From positions 38,781 through 102,780 of the forward strand of contig JANYJP010000017.1 in the NCBI GenBank assembly GCA_025358455.1: DNA of 64,000 nucleotides, written 5' to 3'. The number at the start of each line of letters is the position of its first letter. Within the stretch, counting starts at the first letter, position 1. Origin of the DNA: Bacteroidales bacterium (GTDB lineage: Bacteria; Bacteroidota; Bacteroidia; Bacteroidales; VadinHA17). The translations under genes and the position numbers were made by a program. Below are positions 9,676 to 19,642 of this stretch, in pieces. The notes beneath the pieces were generated by a model. It was not told the origin of the DNA. It saw only the letters and a list, made by a program, of their open reading frames with translations, and ran no database searches.

Positions 9676-9995
9676 CGAAATATAGTATTTACTACATCAA
9701 TTGTAAATTTAGTAAATTTTTGTCAGACCATTATAAAAAACTCACATAAAGGTTGTCAATCTATGTTAAATAAATATAATGATAACTTACGCGACCAACG
9801 GTAATTAACTAATATACAATAATTTGTATCCGGTGAAGGTTCCTAATTCAGCTTCGTTCGCCACGTGTAACCTGATCATAAAAATTATTATCATTCTATT
9901 CACATTGAAATTAATCCGGAATTTAGCTTAACTTTATGGATCATATTAACTGAGGTTAGCAGTGAATATTAATTAAGAATTAAACTGAACCTCTC

Positions 9996-12638
9996 ATGGA
10001 AAATAGGGATTCCAAACCAAAAAAAAACCTTAAAAAAAATATCTCTGGTCCAATGGTTTTAAGGACTAAAGGAATCTCATTCCCTATAGTCGGTATTGGA
10101 GCATCAGCAGGAGGGCTGGAAGCACTTGGACAGTTTTTCAGCAATCTTCCTCTTAATACCGGAATGGCTTTTGTAGTAATTCAACACCTTGACCCTACGC
10201 ATAAAAGTATTATGCCAAAACTTCTTCAGCGGGTTACTTCCCTGAAGGTTATTATTGTCACTGACCGTTTGAAAATCAAACCTGAATGTGTGTATGTGAT
10301 CCCTCCAAATACAAGCATGTCGATTTTGAAAGGAGCATTACATTTATTCGAACCTGTTGAAGTTCGCGGGTTGAGGCTCCCTATTGATTTTTTCTTCAGT
10401 TCTCTTGCCGATGACAGTTCAGAAAAGAGTATTGGTATAATACTTTCAGGAATGGGTTCGGATGGCACTTCCGGACTTCGATCAATTAAAGAAAAGGGTG
10501 GTATTGCTCTTGTTCAGGATCCCAATTCCGCGAAATTTGATGGAATGCCCAGAAGCGCGATTGAAAATGTTCTGGTTGATATAATAGCTCCGGCAAATGA
10601 ACTGGGAGGGAAACTCATTGATTTCCATAATCACCCTCCGGTGATTTCTTCAGGAGATTCTTTTGATCTTAAAGATAAGAGCTCACTCGAAAAAATCATC
10701 ATGCTTCTTCGTAAATATACCGGCAATGACTTTTCACAATATAAGAAAAACACTATTTATCGCAGGATTGAACGACGCATGGCAGTTCATACTATTGCCA
10801 AAATAAATGATTATGTAAGGTTTCTCCAGAAAAACGCCAGTGAGGGCGAAATCCTGTTTAAAGAGCTATTAATTGGGGTAACCAGTTTTTTTCGCGATCC
10901 GGATGTTTGGGACAAGCTGAAAGACAGTGTTTTACCTGACTTAATAGCCAGAGCGCCGTTAGGATATTCGATAAGGGCATGGGTGCCAGGCTGCTCAACC
11001 GGCGAAGAAGCTTATTCTCTTGCAATTATATTTAAAGAGATACTGGATCGATTCAAAACCGACAGAAAAATATCTTTGCAGATATTCGCCACCGATCTGG
11101 ATAGTGATTCTATTGCAATAGCAAGAAAAGGTATCTTCCCTGAACAGATTGCCGCAAATATATCACCGGACAGGCTGGGCCGTTTTTTTGCACATAAACA
11201 GAACAGCTACCGGATAAATGCAGGATTAAGGGAAATGGTAGTATTTGCACCGCACAATGTTATTAATGATCCCCCGTTTACCAGGATGGATATTATTACA
11301 TGCCGTAACCTCCTTATATACTTTGAACCTGAAATCCAGAAAAAGCTTCTAACCATGTTTCAGTATAGTCTCAATCCCGAAGGTATTCTGATCCTTGGAA
11401 ACGCTGAAACTCTTGGATTTCAAAATCACAGCTTCAATACTATTGATGCTAAACTGAGACTCTTCCGGAAATATATAACTGAGGAAACAGTTGAAGGTAA
11501 GAATTTTCCATCTTTTTTTCAACTAACAAACGCTATTGAAAATGAAAAGACAATAACAATGAAAGGACCTGAAAATATTCAGTTTTTTGCTGACAAGTTT
11601 TTGCTGCAGCACTTCTCCCCTTCCAGTGTGCTGGTAAATGATAAAGGCGATATTATATATATCACAGGTCATACCGGAAATTATCTGGAACCTGCAGCAG
11701 GTAAAGCAAATCTTAACATTTTTGCCATGGCACGCAAAGGATTGCAAAACGAACTTCCGGGTGCTTTCCGCAGAGTAATACAAAAAAAGGAAACAGTTGT
11801 TCTGAAAAATCTGACTATTGGAACAAATGGCGGGTATAAATCTATAGATGTTACGATTCAGAAAATTGATATGCCGGAGGCATTGAAAGGCATGATAATG
11901 GTGATCTTTACTGAAGCAAAAAGTGCCGTAGCAATAAAAAGAACCAATACAAAAAGTGTAATTACACCGGAATTCAATAACAAATCCGATCTTGAAACTG
12001 AGCTTGAGCATACCAGGGAAGAATTGCTGATAGCAAATGAAGAGGCGCAGGCATCGAAGGAACTTCTTACTTCTGCAAATGAAGAACTTCAATCTGCCAA
12101 TGAGGAGCTTCAATCAACTAATGAAGAACTTCAATCAACTAATGAGGAGCTTTTAACATCCAAGGAAGAGTTGCAAAGCCTGAATGAAGAACTTCAGACG
12201 GTGAATGCCGAACTACAGAACAACATAGAGGACTTCACCTCTGTAAACAATGATTTGAAAAACCTTCTTGACAGTTTAGATATTGCTACACTCCTGGTTG
12301 ATAAAAAACTAATAATCCGCCGGTTTACAAAACAGGCAACTACGGTTTTTAAACTGAAAGAAGGAGATGTAGGCCGGCCATTTACTGGCCTCGCCTCCAA
12401 TCTGGATTACAAGGAGATGGAAGGTGATGCTCTGAATGTTCTGCAGACACTGATATTAATTGAAAAAACAATTCCGGCTAAAGACGGACGCTGGTTTAAA
12501 GTCCGTATCCTGCCCTATCGGACAGTTGATGACAGGATTGACGGTCTGGTAATTACATTATCTGACATTACAATAGCAAAAAAACTTGAAGCTGAACTGA
12601 ATAGTACAATTGAGAAACTCAATGCTCATAACATTTAA
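9996..12638 (+). CDS. CheB methylesterase / CheR methyltransferase fusion with a heptad coiled coil and a C-terminal PAS domain
   Basis: 'VGIGASAGGLEAL...VVIQHL' is a CheB-like region. 'KKNTIYRRIERRM' and 'RAWVPGCSTGEEAYSLAI...RNLLIYF' form the CheR SAM-methyltransferase. The NEELQS heptad array and a PAS-like C-terminus follow. Confidence 0.85.
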   Translation: MENRDSKPKKNLKKNISGPMVLRTKGISFPIVGIGASAGGLEALGQFFSNLPLNTGMAFVVIQHLDPTHKSIMPKLLQRVTSLKVIIVTDRLKIKPECVYVIPPNTSMSILKGALHLFEPVEVRGLRLPIDFFFSSLADDSSEKSIGIILSGMGSDGTSGLRSIKEKGGIALVQDPNSAKFDGMPRSAIENVLVDIIAPANELGGKLIDFHNHPPVISSGDSFDLKDKSSLEKIIMLLRKYTGNDFSQYKKNTIYRRIERRMAVHTIAKINDYVRFLQKNASEGEILFKELLIGVTSFFRDPDVWDKLKDSVLPDLIARAPLGYSIRAWVPGCSTGEEAYSLAIIFKEILDRFKTDRKISLQIFATDLDSDSIAIARKGIFPEQIAANISPDRLGRFFAHKQNSYRINAGLREMVVFAPHNVINDPPFTRMDIITCRNLLIYFEPEIQKKLLTMFQYSLNPEGILILGNAETLGFQNHSFNTIDAKLRLFRKYITEETVEGKNFPSFFQLTNAIENEKTITMKGPENIQFFADKFLLQHFSPSSVLVNDKGDIIYITGHTGNYLEPAAGKANLNIFAMARKGLQNELPGAFRRVIQKKETVVLKNLTIGTNGGYKSIDVTIQKIDMPEALKGMIMVIFTEAKSAVAIKRTNTKSVITPEFNNKSDLETELEHTREELLIANEEAQASKELLTSANEELQSANEELQSTNEELQSTNEELLTSKEELQSLNEELQTVNAELQNNIEDFTSVNNDLKNLLDSLDIATLLVDKKLIIRRFTKQATTVFKLKEGDVGRPFTGLASNLDYKEMEGDALNVLQTLILIEKTIPAKDGRWFKVRILPYRTVDDRIDGLVITLSDITIAKKLEAELNSTIEKLNAHNI
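12078..12224 (+). repeat. Seven in-frame 21-bp tandem repeats encoding an N-E-E-L-Q-S-x heptad array
   Basis: Units read aatgaagaacttcaatctgcc / aatgaggagcttcaatcaact / aatgaagaacttcaatcaact / ... They encode ANEELQSANEELQSTNEELQSTNEELLTSKEELQSLNEELQTVNAELQ. Confidence 0.85.
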
Positions 12639-12649
12639 CACCAGAAAAA

Positions 12650-14299
12650 ATGAGTAAAGGGAAAAGCATATTAAATACCACAGGAGTTTCTTCTCTTCGG
12701 CAAAAAGCGGAAGACCATCTTAAAAGCAGAAGGACCAAATCAGAATTGCAGATATCAGAAATAGCTGCACATAAACTACTCCATGAACTGGAGGTTTACA
12801 AGATTGAGCTGGAAATGCAGAACGAAGAATTAAGAAATGCACGCGATTCAGCTGAAAATGTACTGGATAAATATTCTGCTCTTTTTGATTTTTCACCTGC
12901 AGGATATTTCGTTCTAACCAGGGAAGGTATCATCAGCCGTCTGAACTTTATGGGAGCCAAAATGTTGGGAAAGGAACGTTCAAAGCTTGTTAATGTAAGG
13001 TTCAGGCAATTTCTTTCCCATGACAGCAGGAATGACTTCGATGATTTCTTACATGATGCTTTTGAATTCAAAACCAAGACATCATGTGAAGTCATAATTG
13101 ATAAAAATGACAACCTCCCAATATTTATTTATATGGAAGGTTTTGTTAACGCTGACGATAAAGAACTCCTTGCGATTACTTTTGATATTACCAGGCGAAA
13201 GGCAGTTGAAAAAGAATTGATGCTCTCAAAAGAGAAAATGGACCTTGCCCTTGAAAATGGCAATATAGGGGCGTGGGAATGGGATATAAACACCAACAAA
13301 GTTACCTGGGACCAGAGAATGGAAAAAATTTTCGGTTTCAAACCGGGAACATTTGGTGAAGCTTATCCGGAGTTCGAAAACTGTATTAATGAAGAAGATA
13401 TCCCCCATTTCAGGAAAGCCATTAAACGGACTTTAGAGAATGATATTCCCTTTGAAACTGTATTCAGGACTATTCCTATCAACGGAGAGTCTAAATATAT
13501 TTCCACAAAAGCCCTCGTTAATAAAGAATTGAATGGGAACCCTGTCAGTATGACCGGGGTATGTTTTGATGTTACAGGAATGAAAAAGGGGACTGAACAA
13601 GTTCTTTTAAGACTAAATGAAGAATTGCTTCGCTCTAATAAGGACCTGCAGCAGTTTGCTTATGTTGCATCGCACGACCTCCAGGAGCCTCTGCGAATGG
13701 TGTCGAGTTTTACGCAAATGCTGGCATTGCACTACGAAGATAAATTAGATAAAGAAGCAAAGGAATATATTAAATATGCCGTTGCCGGGGCAAAAAGAAT
13801 GTATGAACTGATAAATGGACTCCTTGCATATTCACGTATCCAGACAAAAGGCAAGGAATTTACAAAGGTGAACATGAATGAAATTTTTGATGCCGTGATC
13901 AGAAATCAGAGTCTAAAGATTGAAGAAAAGAATGTGGTAGTCACCTGTGGTAAATTACCTGTCGTATCAGCTGATGAAAGTCAGATGATCCAGCTTCTTC
14001 AGAACCTTATATCAAATGCTATAAAATTCAGTCCGGATCCTCCGGTAATTCAGGTTTTATCGAAAGCTGAAGATAATAAATATATCTTTTCAGTAATTGA
14101 CAAAGGAATAGGAATCGATCCTCAATATTTTGAAAGAATCTTCCTTATATTTCAGAGGCTCATGCCAAAAGATGATTATGAAGGTACCGGAATTGGGTTG
14201 GCTATCTGCAAACGAATTGTTGAGAGACACGGTGGAACTATCTGGGTGGAATCGGAACCAGGTAAGGGCTCCACATTCCGTTTCACAATTTCAAGATAA
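12650..14299 (+). CDS. Cytoplasmic PAS-domain sensor histidine kinase (HisKA 'SHDLQEPLR' type)
   Basis: Coiled coil 'LHELEVYKIELEMQNEELRNA', two PAS-like regions, H-box 'FAYVASHDLQEPLRMV', and ATPase motifs 'NLISNAIKF', 'DKGIGI' and 'GTGIGLAICKRIVE'. It starts 11 nt after the CheB/CheR gene. Confidence 0.9.
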   Translation: MSKGKSILNTTGVSSLRQKAEDHLKSRRTKSELQISEIAAHKLLHELEVYKIELEMQNEELRNARDSAENVLDKYSALFDFSPAGYFVLTREGIISRLNFMGAKMLGKERSKLVNVRFRQFLSHDSRNDFDDFLHDAFEFKTKTSCEVIIDKNDNLPIFIYMEGFVNADDKELLAITFDITRRKAVEKELMLSKEKMDLALENGNIGAWEWDINTNKVTWDQRMEKIFGFKPGTFGEAYPEFENCINEEDIPHFRKAIKRTLENDIPFETVFRTIPINGESKYISTKALVNKELNGNPVSMTGVCFDVTGMKKGTEQVLLRLNEELLRSNKDLQQFAYVASHDLQEPLRMVSSFTQMLALHYEDKLDKEAKEYIKYAVAGAKRMYELINGLLAYSRIQTKGKEFTKVNMNEIFDAVIRNQSLKIEEKNVVVTCGKLPVVSADESQMIQLLQNLISNAIKFSPDPPVIQVLSKAEDNKYIFSVIDKGIGIDPQYFERIFLIFQRLMPKDDYEGTGIGLAICKRIVERHGGTIWVESEPGKGSTFRFTISR

Positions 14300-14489
14300 G
14301 ATCATTCATTAAATGATTACTGATTCAAGGCTTTTTTCTGCCTTTAATGTCCTTATTTGAATTATATTGCAGAAACCTGTTTATATGATTTTTTATGGCA
14401 TGCTTTTTTAATACTTAAAATATTTACTTTTGAATTCTCAAAGATTTGCAATGTCTGAAAGCAAAACGAACCAATTCTAAAGGAACGAC

Positions 14490-17400
14490 TTGTATTCAAT
14501 AGATATGAAACCCAGAACCCAAATTACAGTATTGATCTCGCTTGCAGTTATTTTTCTTATAAGCTTAATTGATCTTACAGGATGGATATTTAATATATCT
14601 GCCTTTGACAGTTTTGGATCAGGTTGGGTAACAATGAAAGCCATAACGGCAGTGTGCTTCATATGCTCCGGAGCAGCCATGCTTTTAGTTCAGGCTGGTT
14701 CGGATAACAGGTTAAAAACAGGAATTTCAAGAATACTGGCTGCTATAATCGGGATAATAAGCTTATTGACAATTGCTGTTTCTCTAAATCTAATTATCAG
14801 GGGTGTTGAAGCTCAGATTACCCTAGTTCCTTTTTTTAACAGTTTTCTTGCTCCGGGAAACCGCATGGCATTAATCACTTCAGTTATCTTTCTTCTGTCA
14901 GCAAACATATTTGTTTTATTGTCTTTAAAAAAACAGTGGGCAGGCAATGTTGCCCATATTCTGGTCTTCCCTTTAGGTATGGCAGGCTATTTAATGCTTA
15001 TTAGTTATATCTTAAATGCTTATTCATTACAGGACCTAAAGTATGAAGCGGCACCGCTGAATTCTACAATTGCTCTTTGTGCATTATGTGTAATAATTCT
15101 ACTTATACGTCCGCGGACCTGGCTTATGAAAGTATTCTCTGACAACAGTGCAGGGGGAATAATAGCTCGCAGGCTCTTACCGGGTCTTGTATTACTACCT
15201 ATTCTGATTGGATGGTTGAGTATCTACGGTGAACATAAGGGCTTGTTTCGATCTGAATACGGAGTAGCGCTTGTAACGCTGACATATTCTACCTGCTTCG
15301 TATTACTGGTTTGGTTTATAGCAAGATCTGTTATTCTTACTGACCAGAAACGGATCAAATCAGAAGAAGCTTTACGAACCAGCGAAAGCAACTTCCGTGC
15401 TATCCTGGATGCCACAAAGGAGTCTATATATATGTTTGACAGGGAAGGAAGATTTGTGGTATCCAATATAACTGGTGCCAAACGCTTAAATCTGACAATT
15501 CCGGAATTTACAGGTCATCCTTTTTCTGAATATATGAGTGAAGAACTCGCCTGTTCGCAAATGGAAAAACTTACATCTGTATTCAAATCGGAAAAACCAA
15601 TTGAATTCGAAGATGAGCGAAACGGCATGATCTTTAATCATAATTTTTACCCTGTATTTGAAGGAGGTAAGGTAATACGTGTTGTTGCTTATAGCCAGGA
15701 GATAACCGAACGTAAAAAAGCTGAGACTGAACTGATGCGTTCAAGGCAGGAATGGATTGACACTTTTGATATTATACCTGATCTGATTTCAATCATTGAT
15801 ACTAAACACAAGGTTGTAAGGGCAAATAAGGCAATGCTTGAAAAATTAGGAGTTACTGCAGAGGAAATTTCAGGAACTCCCTGTTTCAATTGTGTACATG
15901 GCACTCAATCTGCTCCTTCACTATGTCCGCATACATTAACCCTGCTTGACGGTAAGCAGCATATTGCTGAAGTACATGAAGATCGACTCGGAGGTGATTT
16001 TATTGTCAGCAACACTCCTATGTTTGATAAAGCCGGGAAGATTATCGGTTCTGTTCACGTAGCCCGGGATATTACAGAACGTAAAAAAGCTGAGGAAGCA
16101 CTTAAAGCAACCGAAGAACGTGTAAAACTTAAACTGGAAGGTATTCTCTCTCCCGAAGGAGATATAGGTATACTTTCGCTTGCTGATATCATTGATGTAC
16201 AAGAGATTCAGATTCTGATGGACAACTTATACAAACTTGTCCGGATACCGATGGCTATAATTGACGATAATGGTAAAGTTTTAGTTGGTGTGGGATGGCG
16301 CGACATATGTACCAAATTCCATAGGATCAATAAGGAAACTTCCAGGAACTGCATAGAAAGCGATACAAATCTTACTAAGGGAATACCCGAAGGAGAATTC
16401 CGGCTTTATAAATGCAGGAACGGAATGTGGGATATTGCAACCCCAATGTTTATCGGAGGCAGGCATATAGGTAATCTTTTCATGGGTCAGTTCTTTTTTG
16501 ACGACGAACCTATTGATTATGAATTTTTTCGCAAGCAAGCTACCAAATTTGGATTCGATGAAAAAGAGTATATTTCTGCTCTTGAAGAGGTTCCCCGATT
16601 GAGTAAATCGATCCTGGAAAGCGCCAAAGGATTTTTTCTGGGTCTCTCCCGTTCGCTCTCAAAGCTGAGTTATAGCAATATTAAACTGGCACGCAATATA
16701 TCTGAACGAGAGAGAACAGAAACGAAATTACTTCAGTTAAACCGTACCCTAAATTCGATCGGGAAAAGTAGCAAGGCCATGATGCTTGCCGAAAATGAAT
16801 TAAGTTACCTCGATAATGTCTGCCGGATCATTGTGAAAGACTGCGGCCATGCATTAGTCTGGATAGGATATACCCAGAACGATTCTGATAAAACAGTTAC
16901 ACCGGTTTCATTTTCGGGCTTTGAAGAGGGTTATATGAAAAATCTTAATATTACCTGGGCTGATACAGAACGTGGAAGAGGTCCTACAGGAACTGCTATC
17001 AGAACAGGGAAAACAGTAGTATGCCCTGATATGCAGACCGACCCTTCTTTTAAACCATGGCGCGGGGAAGCATTAAAAAGAGGTTATGCATCATCAATTG
17101 TATTACCTCTTATTGCAGAAGAAACAACATTCGGTGCCCTTTCAATATATTCCAAAGAAACTAACCCGTTTTCTGAGGACGAGGTTAATCTGCTTTCAAC
17201 CCTGGCCAATGATCTGGCCTATGGCATATCGTACATAAGGTTGATTGAATCTGAAAAAAAGGCAACAAAATCAATCAGGGAGAGTGAAGAGAAGTACCGT
17301 CTTCTGTTCCACGGAATGACTGAGGGTTTTGCCCTGCATGAAATAATCACCGATAATAAAGGTAACCCTAGCGATTATCGGTTCCTCAGCGTAAACCCGG

Positions 17401-19124
17401 CTTTTGAAAATCAAACCGGACTGGTAGCTGAGAATATAATCGGACGGAAAGTCACAGAGGTCTTGCCCGGTACTGAAAAATACTGGATAGATATATACGG
17501 TAAGGTGGCGCTCACCGGGGAAAGCATTGATTTTGAAAATTATCATTCGGAATTACAAAGATACTTCAGAGTCAGTGCATTCAGTCCCCAAAAAGGCTTC
17601 TTTGCTGTAATATTCGAAAATATAACCAACCGTATACTTGCCGAGAAAGAGTTGAAAGAGACAAAAAATTATCTTGAGAATCTCATAAATTATTCAAACA
17701 CACCAATAATAGTCTGGAATACAAAAAATGAGATACAGCTCTTTAATCATGCCTTTGAACACTTAACAGGTTATTCAGCTTCTGAAGTTGAAGGTAAAAA
17801 AATCGATTTTTTGTTTCCTGAAACTTCATTAAAGGAATCAAAAGAGAAGATAAGGCTGGCCATAACAGAAAACCTGGAAATAATGGAAATTCCTGTACTG
17901 ACCAAAAAAATGGAAACCAGAGTAGTTCTGTGGAATTCTGCAAAGATTTATGATAATGACGGGGAAGTATTATCAACTATAGCTCAGGGAAATGATATAA
18001 CCGAAAGAATTACAGCTGAAGAGGCAGTTAAAAAGGCAAAAGATAAACTTGATCTTGCTCTTGAAAACGGAAACATAGGCATATGGGAATGGGATCTGAT
18101 ATCCAAAAGATTTGAATGGGACGTAAGGATGAAAAGAATGTTTGGAATGAAACAATCATCGAAGGAAAAAACATATGCTGCGTTTGAAAGGAACATTGTT
18201 GAAGAGGACCGTCCTCATACACGAAACGCATTCCGGAAGGCTATTGAAGAAGACATTCCATTTGAAACAATATTCAGAATCAGACTTAAAAATGATGCGA
18301 TAAGTCATATAAGTACGAAAGCACTGGTAGAAAAAGATCATAATAATAAACCTGTTAAGCTGTCAGGTGTCTGTTTCGATATTACAGATATGAAAAGAGG
18401 TACTGAAAATGTAATGTTCCGACTTAATGAGGATTTACTCCGATCGAACAAAGAACTTGAACAATTTGCTTATATAGCCTCTCACGATCTGCAGGAACCT
18501 CTGCGGATGGTATCAAGTTTTACCCAGTTGCTCTCAGTAAGATATAAAGACAAACTTGACAAAAATGCCCAGGAATTCATACAATATGCTGTTGACGGGG
18601 CTGTCCGTATGCAGGGTCTGATAAATGACCTTCTTGAATATTCAAGAATAGAAACAAGAGGCAAAATGTTTTCTGCTATTGACCTTCACAAAGTGCTGGG
18701 ACACACCATAAAAAACCTGAGTATTTTAATAAAGGAGAAAAATGCTGTTATCATAAATGATGAATTACCAGCTATTTTAGCTGACGAAGGACAGATGATT
18801 CAGTTATTTCAGAACCTTATTGGCAATGCAATAAAATTTTGTGACACCTCACCCCTGATACATATTTCATGTAAAGAGGAAAAAGAAAATTATGTATTTA
18901 CTATAAAAGATAACGGAATCGGGATGGAGCCTCAGTACTTCAATAAGATATTCCAGATCTTTCAAAGATTACGTGAAAAAGATGAGTATGGAGGAACCGG
19001 AATCGGCCTCGCGATCTGCAAACGTATTGTAGAACGCCACGAAGGGAAAATATGGGTAGAATCAAAACCCGGAAAAGGATCAACATTCTATTTTTCGATA
19101 AGTAAAAATATAAATAACAGATAA
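14490..19124 (+). CDS. Giant membrane sensor histidine kinase (polytopic N-domain, multiple PAS, PocR-like, GAF, HisKA, HATPase)
   Basis: About 290 aa of hydrophobic helices, then several PAS units separated by 'ITERKKAE' linkers. The PocR-like segment 'YKCRNGMWDIATPMFIGGRHIGNLFMGQ' lies at ~16200-16510. A GAF-like region and H-box 'FAYIASHDLQEPLRMV' follow. An alternative start is at 14505 (MKPRTQ). Confidence 0.85.
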   Translation: MYSIDMKPRTQITVLISLAVIFLISLIDLTGWIFNISAFDSFGSGWVTMKAITAVCFICSGAAMLLVQAGSDNRLKTGISRILAAIIGIISLLTIAVSLNLIIRGVEAQITLVPFFNSFLAPGNRMALITSVIFLLSANIFVLLSLKKQWAGNVAHILVFPLGMAGYLMLISYILNAYSLQDLKYEAAPLNSTIALCALCVIILLIRPRTWLMKVFSDNSAGGIIARRLLPGLVLLPILIGWLSIYGEHKGLFRSEYGVALVTLTYSTCFVLLVWFIARSVILTDQKRIKSEEALRTSESNFRAILDATKESIYMFDREGRFVVSNITGAKRLNLTIPEFTGHPFSEYMSEELACSQMEKLTSVFKSEKPIEFEDERNGMIFNHNFYPVFEGGKVIRVVAYSQEITERKKAETELMRSRQEWIDTFDIIPDLISIIDTKHKVVRANKAMLEKLGVTAEEISGTPCFNCVHGTQSAPSLCPHTLTLLDGKQHIAEVHEDRLGGDFIVSNTPMFDKAGKIIGSVHVARDITERKKAEEALKATEERVKLKLEGILSPEGDIGILSLADIIDVQEIQILMDNLYKLVRIPMAIIDDNGKVLVGVGWRDICTKFHRINKETSRNCIESDTNLTKGIPEGEFRLYKCRNGMWDIATPMFIGGRHIGNLFMGQFFFDDEPIDYEFFRKQATKFGFDEKEYISALEEVPRLSKSILESAKGFFLGLSRSLSKLSYSNIKLARNISERERTETKLLQLNRTLNSIGKSSKAMMLAENELSYLDNVCRIIVKDCGHALVWIGYTQNDSDKTVTPVSFSGFEEGYMKNLNITWADTERGRGPTGTAIRTGKTVVCPDMQTDPSFKPWRGEALKRGYASSIVLPLIAEETTFGALSIYSKETNPFSEDEVNLLSTLANDLAYGISYIRLIESEKKATKSIRESEEKYRLLFHGMTEGFALHEIITDNKGNPSDYRFLSVNPAFENQTGLVAENIIGRKVTEVLPGTEKYWIDIYGKVALTGESIDFENYHSELQRYFRVSAFSPQKGFFAVIFENITNRILAEKELKETKNYLENLINYSNTPIIVWNTKNEIQLFNHAFEHLTGYSASEVEGKKIDFLFPETSLKESKEKIRLAITENLEIMEIPVLTKKMETRVVLWNSAKIYDNDGEVLSTIAQGNDITERITAEEAVKKAKDKLDLALENGNIGIWEWDLISKRFEWDVRMKRMFGMKQSSKEKTYAAFERNIVEEDRPHTRNAFRKAIEEDIPFETIFRIRLKNDAISHISTKALVEKDHNNKPVKLSGVCFDITDMKRGTENVMFRLNEDLLRSNKELEQFAYIASHDLQEPLRMVSSFTQLLSVRYKDKLDKNAQEFIQYAVDGAVRMQGLINDLLEYSRIETRGKMFSAIDLHKVLGHTIKNLSILIKEKNAVIINDELPAILADEGQMIQLFQNLIGNAIKFCDTSPLIHISCKEEKENYVFTIKDNGIGMEPQYFNKIFQIFQRLREKDEYGGTGIGLAICKRIVERHEGKIWVESKPGKGSTFYFSISKNINNR

Positions 19125-19126
19125 AT

Positions 19127-19582
19127 ATGGGAATCACTCTTTTAAATTCAATTGACATCCTTGTTGTTGAGGACAATCCCGGCGATGCGCGACTTATCAC
19201 GGAGGTTCTTAACGATAACAAAGTGTTTAGTTCTCTTTATATAGTGAACGATGGCGTTGAGGCAATGCGTTTTCTTAAAAACGAAGGAAAATATAAAACT
19301 GTACTGAAACCTGACCTGATCATTCTTGATCTGAATCTGCCAAAGAAAGACGGACGGGAAGTGCTGGCTGAAATAAAATCAGATGAAGGGCTGAAACATA
19401 TTCCAATTGTTATTATGACCATATCGCAGGCTGAAGAGGACATACTGAAATCGTATAACCTTCATGCAAACTGTTATATAACAAAACCGATTGACCTTAA
19501 TCAGTTTATAAAGGCGGTCAAGTCCATCGAAGATTTCTGGTTTTCAATAGTAAAGCTACCTCCGAAAACGGAAGATGTTTAA
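19127..19582 (+). CDS. Stand-alone receiver-domain response regulator (Rcp1/CheY-like)
   Basis: 'ILVVEDNPGDARLI', 'PDLIILDLNLPKKDG' and 'PIVIMTISQAEEDILKSYNLHANCYITKP'. There is no output domain. It starts 2 nt after the kinase stop. Confidence 0.9.
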   Translation: MGITLLNSIDILVVEDNPGDARLITEVLNDNKVFSSLYIVNDGVEAMRFLKNEGKYKTVLKPDLIILDLNLPKKDGREVLAEIKSDEGLKHIPIVIMTISQAEEDILKSYNLHANCYITKPIDLNQFIKAVKSIEDFWFSIVKLPPKTEDV

Positions 19583-19642
19583 TGAGAATTTAATAATCAT
19601 TCAATTGAATGATGACCGAAGAATTGTTGACATAATCTAACA

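Noticed and set aside
8987-9685. Plus-strand ORFs (130, 84 and 80 aa) antisense to the OmpR-type response regulator
   Set aside because: The minus-strand product has complete receiver and winged-helix motifs. The plus-strand ORFs are AT-rich shadow frames.
9840-9904. Possible seventh class-2 module on the minus strand upstream of the response regulator (TGTGAATAGAATGAT...)
   Set aside because: Only about 10 of 15 positions match in the first box. At the fixed offsets there is no TGTAAC-like hexamer (CAGGTT) and no CTTTG box (ATTAGGAA). It is most likely a chance TGTGAA.
11523-12113. 196-aa minus-strand ORF inside the CheB/CheR gene, and a similar 175-aa ORF at 20974..21501 inside the hybrid kinase
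   Set aside because: Both are antisense to genes with strong domain motifs, and their Cys, Phe and Ile-rich composition is typical of AT-rich shadow frames.
14344-14354. The 11-mer TTAATGTCCTT is shared between the spacer upstream of the giant kinase and the end of the class-1 array at 41047-41057
   Set aside because: Many exact 11-mer coincidences are expected by chance within 64 kb of AT-rich DNA. No phased hexamers accompany the 14344 copy.
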